This document shows positions 30,917-39,400 of a DNA stretch of 64,000 bases, in pieces. Location: NCBI RefSeq assembly GCF_028368995.1, contig NZ_JAQNDL010000004.1, positions 128,001 to 192,000 of the forward strand. Direction: 5' to 3'. Below the pieces are notes generated by a model, which worked only from the letters and a program-made list of their open reading frames with translations, had not been told where the DNA came from and searched no databases. Position numbers and translations under genes: made by a program. The stretch's first letter is position 1. The number at the start of each line of letters is the position of its first letter. Origin of the DNA: Nannocystis bainbridge (GTDB lineage: Bacteria; Myxococcota_A; Polyangia; Nannocystales; Nannocystaceae).

Positions 30917-31618
30917 TCAATGGCGCGGCTGCGTCTCGACCTCGCCGACCATCGGCACGAAGCGGACGGGCAGGATCGTCTCGACATGGAGGTCGCCGCG
31001 TGGGCCCTTTTCGAGCACCTTGAGGTCCTGCACGAATTGGCCGACGGGGATCACCAGGCGGCCGCCGGGCGCAAGCTGTTCGGTGAGCGGGCGCGGGAGG
31101 GTCGGGGCGGCGGCGGCGACGATGATGGCGGAGAACGGGCCGGCCTCGGGCCAGCCGCGGTAGCCGTCGCCGGCGCGCACGTGGACGTTGTCGTAGCCGA
31201 GCTCGTCGAGGAGCGCGGAGGCCTGCTCGGCGAGGTCGGTGACGACCTCGATGCTGTAGACCTCGGCGCCGAGCTCGGCGAGCACGGCGGCCTGATAGCC
31301 GGAGCCGGTGCCGACGTCGAGGACGCGGTCGCCGGGCTTGACGTGCGCGAGCTGGGTCATGAGCGCGACGATGTAGGGCTGGCTGATGGTGGCGCCGTGA
31401 CCGATCGGCAGCGGGTGATCGCCGTAGGCCTGACGCTGGTCCTCCTGCGGCACGAAGCGCTCGCGCGGGACCCTGCGCATGGCGGCGAGCACGTGCTCGT
31501 CGGTGATATCGCGGGCGACGAGCTGCTGCTCGACCATCCGGCTGCGGGCGTGTGACGGTTCATCCATGGCGGCAGCGCACGCGACGACCGTGCACAGCAG
31601 GAGGCTCGCTCGACGCAT
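30917..31618 (-). CDS. pcm: protein-L-isoaspartate O-methyltransferase, with N-terminal signal peptide
   Basis: [35 protein letters not shown] signature blocks. Confidence 0.9.
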   Translation of the reverse strand: MRRASLLLCTVVACAAAMDEPSHARSRMVEQQLVARDITDEHVLAAMRRVPRERFVPQEDQRQAYGDHPLPIGHGATISQPYIVALMTQLAHVKPGDRVLDVGTGSGYQAAVLAELGAEVYSIEVVTDLAEQASALLDELGYDNVHVRAGDGYRGWPEAGPFSAIIVAAAAPTLPRPLTEQLAPGGRLVIPVGQFVQDLKVLEKGPRGDLHVETILPVRFVPMVGEVETQPRH

Positions 31619-32006
31619 GACGAGAAGGTAGCGCCGTGGTCGAGTCAGGCCCGCGCAGAGCCGGGAGCGCGGCCAGGCTCAGGCGTGGCGGGTCGAGGCA
31701 GCGGCGGTCGGACGGCGGGTCCCCGGGGACATGACGGAGAGGGCAGGCAGGCTCGGCCGTGACCCGCGGCGGGGCGCGCGAGCAGGTGGCTCGGCGTGGG
31801 CAGGCGGGCTCGAGCGCGCGCCCGCGCCATGGGTCTGTGCGGCCCTGAAGCGCGCGTCGGCTTCGCGGCGGGCTCTTCCGCGTGACGGGCCTGCGCAGCC
31901 CTGAAGCGCGTGGCTTCGCAGCGAGACCCTCGAAGCGCTGCGCCACCGCGAAGGGCGGCGACCGGTGGGAGCGCTCCGACGGCGAGGTGGCTCGCCGTGC
32001 TGCCGT

Positions 32007-32070
32007 GTGTCCTCGAGGACATGTCTCCGGGAGCATGTCCTCGAACCCATGTCCCCGGGGACATGCCCCG
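32007..32070. repeat. GGACATGTC tandem array (about 5 units) between pcm and nadE
   Basis: tcgaggacatgtctccgggagcatgtcctcgaacccatgtccccggggacatgccccgggggcc. Confidence 0.85.
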
Positions 32071-32080
32071 GGGGCCAGGC

Positions 32081-34057
32081 TCACTTGCCGCCGACCGCGG
32101 CCTCGAGCTCGGCGAGCTCGTGGGAGAAGCCGCCCGAGAGGATCGGGAAGCGGCACCCCGTCTTCGGGTCGAGGTTCTGGTCGTCGAGGTGGAAGCTCGG
32201 GGCGTAGCGCTCGCGCTTCCACTGGTTCTGGCTCCACAGGCGGAAGAACCGCTTGACCCACAGGAGTAGCTGGGCGCGGCCGTGCTCGGGGTAGCGGCTG
32301 GCGAGGACGCGGAAGACGTCCTTGGGCGTGAGCTTGTCGCGGATGGCGGCGCGCTCGATGACGTCGAGGATCGGGTACGGCATCAGGTCGTCCTCGTCGG
32401 TCTGATGGGCGCTGGCGGGCCGCAGCTCGGCGGTCGGGGCCTGGACGTTGACGGCGCTCAGCTCGGGGGTAGGGCCGACGCCGGCGGGGCCTTCGAGCTC
32501 GACCCACCGCAGCCACTGGCGCAGGAAGGCCTTGTCGATGCCGGCGATCGGCGACAGGCCGCCGCAGGTGTCGCCGTCCATGGTGGCGTAGCCGACGGCG
32601 GCCTCGCTGCGGTTGCTGGTGGCCAGCAGGAGGGCGCCGCGCAGGTTGGCCAGCAGCCACACGCCGGGGGCGCGGGCGCGGGCCTGGATGTTCTGCAGGG
32701 CGATGTCGTCGCCCTTCCAGCCGAGCTCGCGGCCGATCGCGCCCTCGACCGTGCGCACGTAGGCGCGCACGAGCGGGTCGACGTCGAACTCGAGGAACTC
32801 GGCGCCGACGGCCCCGGCGACGGCGCGGGCGGCGTTGCGCGTGGTGTCGGAGCTGTTGTGCGTCGACTGATAGACGCAGGTGAGCAGCGAGCCCACGATC
32901 GCCCGCGTGGTGGTGCAGGTGCCCTCGGCCAGGCCGAGGCGGGCGCAGGTGGCCTCGACGCCGAGCTCCTGCACGGCGAGGGTGACCATGAGGTGCACGA
33001 GGTAGGCGACGGCGGCCGAGTCGGCGCCGCCGCTGAGCGAGACGACGAAGCCGCGCGACCGGCTCTTGCGCAGGTAGTCGAACAGGCCGAGAGCGACGGC
33101 CCGCGAGAACTCCTCGCGCTTGTCGCCGGGCCACGGCGGGGTCGGCAGCGGCTGGTGCGGCGGCAGGTCGGCGACCGGCAGCTGCATCTCGAAGCGGGTG
33201 ATCCGGCGCAGGTGGTCGTCGACGGTCGGGGCGGCGGTCCGGCTGGCGTGGATCATGCGCGCGAGGTCGACGTCGATCACGGCGCTGGTGAGGTAGACGT
33301 CGTCGTAACCGAGCCGCGGGCCCTCGGCGATGAGGTGGCCGGAGGCGGCGATCATGCACTCGCCGTCGTAGATGACGCGGCCGGCCTCGTTGCCGATGAA
33401 GTTGGAGTAGACGTAGGTGGCGCCGAAGCTGCGCGAGGCGCCGATGACGATCTGCTTGCGCACCTCGTGCTTGCCGAACGCGAAGTGGCTGGCGCTCGGG
33501 TTGCAGATGACGTCGACGCCCTGGGCGGCGAGCTCGACGCCGGGGCGGTTCGGGACCCACGCGTCCTCGCAGATCTCGAAGCCGATCCGCAGGCCGCCGA
33601 CCTCGAAGATCTGGTCGCCCAGCGGGTAGCTGTGGCCGTCGTGCTCCCACTGCACGAACTTGCCGGCCGGCCAGCCCTTGAACCACCGCGGCTCGTAATG
33701 GATGCCGTCACCGGCGAGGAAGCGCTTGCCGACCAGGCCGACGATCTGGCCGTCGGCGACCAGGCAGACGGCGTTGTAGTTGGCGGCGCGGTGCATGATC
33801 GGGACGCCGAGGGCGACGATCATGCCCTTCGTCTCGGGCAGCAGCTCTTGCAAGATCCGCCACGATTCGAGCACGGTGCCGCGGCTGAAGAACGCGTCCT
33901 CGCAGCCGTAGCCGGGGATGCAGAGCTCGGGCAGGCACAGCACGGCGACGCCCTGCTGGCGGGCCAGGCGGATCGCCTCGAGGATCCGGGCCTGGTTGCC
34001 GTCCCAGTCGAGCGGCGTCTGGTTGAGGGCGGCGGCGGCGACGCGGACGAGGTGCAT
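32081..34057 (-). CDS. nadE: glutamine-dependent NAD+ synthetase (nitrilase-like domain plus NadE domain)
   Basis: N-terminal CN-hydrolase domain (LCLPELCIPGYGCED, catalytic E/K/C) and C-terminal SGGADS P-loop (VSLSGGADSAAV). Confidence 0.9.
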   Translation of the reverse strand: MHLVRVAAAALNQTPLDWDGNQARILEAIRLARQQGVAVLCLPELCIPGYGCEDAFFSRGTVLESWRILQELLPETKGMIVALGVPIMHRAANYNAVCLVADGQIVGLVGKRFLAGDGIHYEPRWFKGWPAGKFVQWEHDGHSYPLGDQIFEVGGLRIGFEICEDAWVPNRPGVELAAQGVDVICNPSASHFAFGKHEVRKQIVIGASRSFGATYVYSNFIGNEAGRVIYDGECMIAASGHLIAEGPRLGYDDVYLTSAVIDVDLARMIHASRTAAPTVDDHLRRITRFEMQLPVADLPPHQPLPTPPWPGDKREEFSRAVALGLFDYLRKSRSRGFVVSLSGGADSAAVAYLVHLMVTLAVQELGVEATCARLGLAEGTCTTTRAIVGSLLTCVYQSTHNSSDTTRNAARAVAGAVGAEFLEFDVDPLVRAYVRTVEGAIGRELGWKGDDIALQNIQARARAPGVWLLANLRGALLLATSNRSEAAVGYATMDGDTCGGLSPIAGIDKAFLRQWLRWVELEGPAGVGPTPELSAVNVQAPTAELRPASAHQTDEDDLMPYPILDVIERAAIRDKLTPKDVFRVLASRYPEHGRAQLLLWVKRFFRLWSQNQWKRERYAPSFHLDDQNLDPKTGCRFPILSGGFSHELAELEAAVGGK

Positions 34058-34059
34058 TC

Positions 34060-34079
34060 AATGTCTCCGGGGACAGGGT

Positions 34080-34098
<19 letters not shown>
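34060..34098. repeat. GTCTCC/GGACATGTCC repeat pair between prs-like and nadE
   Basis: aatgtctccggggacagggtctaaaggacatgtcctgtg. Confidence 0.75.
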
Positions 34099-35023
<925 letters not shown>

Positions 35024-35027
<4 letters not shown>

Positions 35028-36892
35028 GCGGGGGAGGAAGAGTACCCCTCGGCGAGCGCGTTGGCGACCTCGGTATAGGCGTAATCGCTGACGCGTTCGT
35101 CGATGCGCATGCGCAGCAGCGCCTTGCTGCGGCAGGCGGCGGCGAAGAAGAACGCGCGATCGTCGGCGCAGGCGCGCGCGAGCGCGGGGACGGCGGCCCA
35201 GCGATCGAACAGGCGCTGGCAGATCCGCCGCACGCACGGCCACAGCTCGGCCTGGTCGGGCCCGCCGGCGTCTTCGATCCAGGCGATGACGGCGGCGAGG
35301 TGGGCGTGCACGAGGGTGTGGAGCAGCTTGCCCTGGGCCTCGGCGAGGTCGGCGGTGAGGGTGAAGGAGTCGGAGGCGAGCGCGGGTGCGTGACCGGCGG
35401 CGGCGAGCCGGCCGCGGTGGAGCCGGATGCCGCCGAGGTCGCGCACGATGAAGCCGCAGGGGCGGCCGGCGTGGACGAGCAGGGTGTTCTGCAGGTGGGC
35501 CTCGAGGGCGACGCCGTGGGCGGTCAAGAGGCGCAGGGCCGGCGGGACGAGGACTTCGAGGTAGTCGCTGAAGAAAGCGGCGAGGCGGGCGCGCAGGTCG
35601 CCGGGGTAGTCGGCGGCGAGCTCGCGCACGAGGAGGTCGCCGCCGGGGCGGCGCTCGCCGAGCGCGGCGCAGACGAGGAGCTGCGGGCTGCGCGAGGGGA
35701 CATGTCCGTGAGGGAAGGTCCTCGGGGACATGTCGTCGGGGGCATGTCCGGAGGGGAATGTCTCAAGGGACATGTCGGCGGGGCGGGACGGAGCGAGGCG
35801 CGGGTCGGCTGTCGCGAGGGACAGGTCGGCGTGGAGGTCGCGGGCGAGGGCGGCGGGGTCGGGGCGCAGCACGACGCCGAGCTGGCCGGCGCGGTCGCCG
35901 TGGCGCGGGTGCATGCCGGCGGCGGCCACGTCGGCCTGGATCCGCAGGCCGCGGCGCGTCTCGGGATCGGCGGCCTGGATCGCGGCCAGCAGGGCGGCGA
36001 TCGGCGGGCCGTTGTGGACCGAGGCGGGCGAGACCTGGCGGCGCGCGCTGGTGGTGTGGATGTCGACGGCGAGCTTGAGGTGCAGGGCCGGGGCGGCGAG
36101 GGCGACGGTGCGCAGGCTCAGGAGGGCGCGGGCGGGCAGCGGGGGCAGGTCGACGGGGTGGGCGACGCTGCGCCACAGCGGGCCGAGCAGGCGCGGCAGG
36201 CGGCGCAGCTGGAGGGCGTGCACGGGCAGGCGGACCAGGCCGGCGGGCGCGGGCGGGAACAGCTCGCGGGCGAGGTCGGCGTAGAGGTCGGGCGCGGCGA
36301 GCTGGGCGTGGTCGGCGGCGAGGTCGACGGCGTGCACGGGGGCCTGGGCCAGCAAGTCGGGGCCGTGGCGCAGGTTCTCCCAGGCGCGCAGGCCGAGCCG
36401 GGTCTTGCTCATCGGGTGCCAGGGGTGACCGTCGACGACGAGGTTCTCGGGGTCGAGCGGGGCGGGCCACGCCTGGCCTTCGGAGCATGTCCGATGGCGC
36501 AGGTCGGCGACGAGGCGGGCGAGGGCGAGGTTCCAGCGGCTGTCGTCGAGCTCGCGGGCGAGCCGGGCGCGGGGGGCCGGGGCGAGCGCGGGTAAGAGGC
36601 GCGGGAGGAGCTGGGGGAGGTCGGGCAGGTCGCTGGCTTCGAGGTCGGGGGCGTGGAGCTCAAAGGCGCGGCGGCGTCGCAGCGGGAGACTCAAGGAACA
36701 TGTGCGAAGGGACATGTCCTGAAGGTCAAAGGCGAGGAGCCGCTCGCGGGCGCAGGCGAGGAGCAGGCGGGCGCCGATGGCCTGGGTGGCGGCGCGCCAG
36801 TGACAGGCGAGGTCGGCGGGCTCGGGCCGGACGCGGAAGGCGAGGGGGAGGGCCCGGGCGGCGAAGGCGAAGAAGCGGTCGCGCTCGGGCAC
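35024..36892 (-). CDS. IucA/IucC-family (NRPS-independent siderophore synthetase-like) protein with FhuF-like C-terminal domain; carries in-frame GGACATGTCC repeat insertions
   Basis: [28 protein letters not shown] (S-x-R-T/R ATP loop) and [10 protein letters not shown] (H-x-Q-N) resemble NIS-synthetase motifs. The repeat arrays at 35696-35830 and 36692-36725 lie inside the reading frame (peptides [27 protein letters not shown] and DMSLRTCS). The true start is uncertain. Confidence 0.45.
35696..35830. repeat. GGACATGTC tandem array (about 7 units) lying in-frame inside the IucA/IucC-like CDS
   Basis: gggacatgtccgtgagggaaggtcctcggggacatgtcgtcgggggcatgtccggaggggaatgtctcaagggacatgtcggcgggg...gggacaggtcggc. 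Confidence 0.85.
36692..36725. repeat. GAACATGTG/GGACATGTCC repeat pair within the 5' region of the same ORF
   Basis: aggaacatgtgcgaagggacatgtcctgaaggtc. Confidence 0.7.
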
Positions 36893-37048
36893 GCCGCGAA
36901 AGGTAGCGCGCGGATCGGGAGGGCGAAAGCTCGGGGCTGTAGTGGCGATGAGCTCGCCGACCGTGGAGCTCGCTGAGGGAGCGGGCAGGGTCGACGAGGC
37001 CGACGAGCGTGCGGGCGCCGAAGGCCCCGGTCGGGGACGGCGAGAGGC

Positions 37049-37756
37049 TCAGCCGGCGCGCCAGTGGGCCACGGCGAGCTCGCCGAGCATGAGGGTGGCG
37101 GACAGGAGGAGGACGGCGGCGATCCAGCGGCGCAGGCTGTCGGGGTCGAGGCTGCCGGTGCGGCGGGCGCCGAGGTTGGCGCCGAGCAGGGTGAGCGGGG
37201 TGACGATGGCGAAGGCGGTGAGGTCGACCTGTCCTTGGAGGAAGGTGGCGACGCCGGCCGACAGCCCGGTGACGGCGCCGATCGCCATGTTGGTGCCGAT
37301 GGCCACGGGCGGGGCGACGCGGGCGTAGCGGATCATGGCGGGCAGGCGCAGGCTGCCGAGCAGGAGGCCGACGAGGCCGGAGATCGCGCCGAGCACGGCG
37401 CCGACGACGACCTCGGCGAGGACGGCGAAGGTGCGCGAAGGGACATGTCCGGAAGGACTGGTCGGATCGGGCGGGCGGCGCAGCATGCTGGCGCCGGTGA
37501 GCAGGAGGACGCCGGCGATGACGGCCTTGAGCAGGCGCGCGTCGACGCTGCCGGCCCAGCGAGCGGTGGCGAAGGCGGCGAGGGCGGAGGGGAGGCCGAC
37601 GCTGGCGAGCAGCCACAGGTCGACGCGGCCGTCACGGGCGTGCCGCCAGGTGCCGGTGAGGGTGCCGGCGGTGGAGATGGCGAGGCTGGTGGCGGCGCCG
37701 GCGACCGGGCTGCCGAGGACGTAGACGAGGAGGGCGACCCGCAGCTGGCCGAGCAC
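37049..37756 (-). CDS. TauE/SafE-family sulfite/anion exporter membrane protein; GTG start as tracked, but a hydrophobic helix is encoded in-frame upstream without a canonical start
   Basis: Two 3-4 TM halves separated by a loop that contains an in-frame GGACATGTCC repeat (RRPPDPTSPSGHVPSRTF). Upstream in-frame codons encode EILALALIALVSFGLSYIGATVGLV after a TAG at about 37846. Confidence 0.65.
   Translation of the reverse strand: MLGQLRVALLVYVLGSPVAGAATSLAISTAGTLTGTWRHARDGRVDLWLLASVGLPSALAAFATARWAGSVDARLLKAVIAGVLLLTGASMLRRPPDPTSPSGHVPSRTFAVLAEVVVGAVLGAISGLVGLLLGSLRLPAMIRYARVAPPVAIGTNMAIGAVTGLSAGVATFLQGQVDLTAFAIVTPLTLLGANLGARRTGSLDPDSLRRWIAAVLLLSATLMLGELAVAHWRAG
37436..37465. repeat. GGACATGTCC repeat unit pair in-frame inside the TauE central loop
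   Basis: gcgaagggacatgtccggaaggactggtcg. Confidence 0.8.
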
Positions 37757-38430
37757 GAGCCCGACGGTGGCGCCGATGTAGCTGAGGCCGAAGGAGACCA
37801 GCGCAATGAGCGCTAGCGCGAGGATCTCGGTGGAGCGCAGGCGCCGACGCTAACACGCGTGACGGGGGAGTGAGCCTGGAGGGATCGCCGCGCGGTGGCG
37901 CGAGGGCGCGCGGTCGCGGAGGACCACGAGAGAGGTGGTGCGGGGGCGATGCGTGAGGGGGCCGCTGCGAGGGCTCGGTGATGCTCTCGCGCGGTGCTGT
38001 CTCGCGGATGCGGCGGCGATCGCAGGGGACGAGTCGACGGCGATGGCCGGGCAGTTCGAGGCAAAGTGGGTGGCACACGCGGCGCGGCGATGTTGGCGAG
38101 GGCCTCGCTGTCGCGGTGTCGATGGCCGCGTCGCGGATGTGGCGGGGATGGTGCTGGTGGCGGTCCGGCGAGTCGTGGCGATGCTGCCCTGCGTGTCGGA
38201 TGGTTTGCGAGGCGCGAGCGATCGCTTCGTCGGGCCTCGGGCGTGCGGGCTGTCGGAGGGCCGCGAGGATCGGCGGTGTGAACGTGAAGGTTCGTTCATC
38301 ACGGTGCGCTGGGTCGGACGGTGATGGTCGGCTCGAGTCGGCGAAGGTGTCGCGGGCGAAGGTGTCGCGGGCGAAAGGCGGGGCGGCGCTTGACAGGCGG
38401 GCGGGCCGGGGCGGACGCTGCGGCGGCGTG

Positions 38431-39216
38431 ATGGAGCGCGGGGACACGACGGCGGCGGAGGCGCTCGCAACGGGGCTTCCGGGGTCGCCGCGGCCGCGCT
38501 GGGTGGTGATTCACTGGACGCTCGAGGCGCTGGGGCTGGTGCGCGCGATCGCGGCGGCCGACGGCTCGCCGGAGCTGACGCTGATCGGGCCGGCGGCCGC
38601 GGACGAGGTCGCGGGGGCGCTGGCCGAATTGCCCGAAGGACATGTCCACAAGTACTGGCAGGGCTCGGCGAGCGGCGGGGTCGAGGCGCTGGCGCGCTTC
38701 TTCGCCGAGACGGCCGGGCTGCCGGCGGCCGACGCGATCATCGTGCTGCCGCTGCGCGGGCACGGCGAGACCGACGCGTTCTCGCGCCTGGTGTGCACGG
38801 CGATCCAGCGGGCCTGCAAGGGCAAGCCGCCGCACGTGGTGGTGGCGGTCGAGGACCCGGAGGCGACCCACGAGTTCGAGGGGCTCGGGGTGGCGACGAT
38901 CTTCTATCCGGGCTTCCTGCGCGCGGCGCTGCTGGCCCACGCGTGCGTCGATCTGGGGGCGTTCCGCTTCATGCTGGCGCTGCTCGGCGGGCGCCTGCGG
39001 GTCGAGACCTGGCCGGTGCCGCCGGAGCTGCGGGCGGGGACGTTCCGCGAGGCGTGCCTCGGGGTGGAGGTCGATCGCCGCGGGCGGCCGGTGACGCTGA
39101 TCGGGCTGTTCGCGCCGGCCGAGGGCGGGCAGGACTCGATGCTGCTGAGCCCGCCGCCGGGCCGTGCGCTGCGCGACGCGAGCGCGCTGCTGGTGCTGAC
39201 GGGAGAGGCCGAGTGA
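38431..39216 (+). CDS. stand-alone RCK (TrkA-N/TrkA-C-like) regulatory protein
   Basis: Rossmann-like alternation (RWVVIHWTLEALGLVRAIAA...DAIIVLPLRG...HVVVAVEDPEA) followed by a small beta domain. Sits immediately upstream of the channel gene. Weak SD. Confidence 0.4.
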   Translation: MERGDTTAAEALATGLPGSPRPRWVVIHWTLEALGLVRAIAAADGSPELTLIGPAAADEVAGALAELPEGHVHKYWQGSASGGVEALARFFAETAGLPAADAIIVLPLRGHGETDAFSRLVCTAIQRACKGKPPHVVVAVEDPEATHEFEGLGVATIFYPGFLRAALLAHACVDLGAFRFMLALLGGRLRVETWPVPPELRAGTFREACLGVEVDRRGRPVTLIGLFAPAEGGQDSMLLSPPPGRALRDASALLVLTGEAE

Positions 39217-39330
39217 GGCGAGGGGCGCGTGCGGCCCGCGCGGGGGGCACGATCGGCAGCGCTGCCGGCGAGGCGGAGCGGGTCTTCGGCGAGGCGGCCG
39301 CTGTGACGCGGCTCGCAGGAGGATCTGGCT

Positions 39331-39400
39331 TTTGGGGCATGTCCGTGCGGACATGGCTGATCGGGCCTGTACTCCTGGGCATGTTCCTGCAGACAGGTGC
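39331..39400. repeat. GGGCATGTCC-type repeat units overlapping the start codon and signal peptide of the channel gene
   Basis: ggggcATGtccgtgcggacatggctgatcgggcctgtactcctgggcatgttcctgcagacaggtgcc. The ATG of the CDS is the CATG of a repeat core. Confidence 0.6.

Noticed and set aside
38299-39354. 351-aa minus-strand ORF
   Set aside because: It is antisense to the RCK-like gene and to the 5' end of the channel gene. The translation is Arg-rich and shows no fold.
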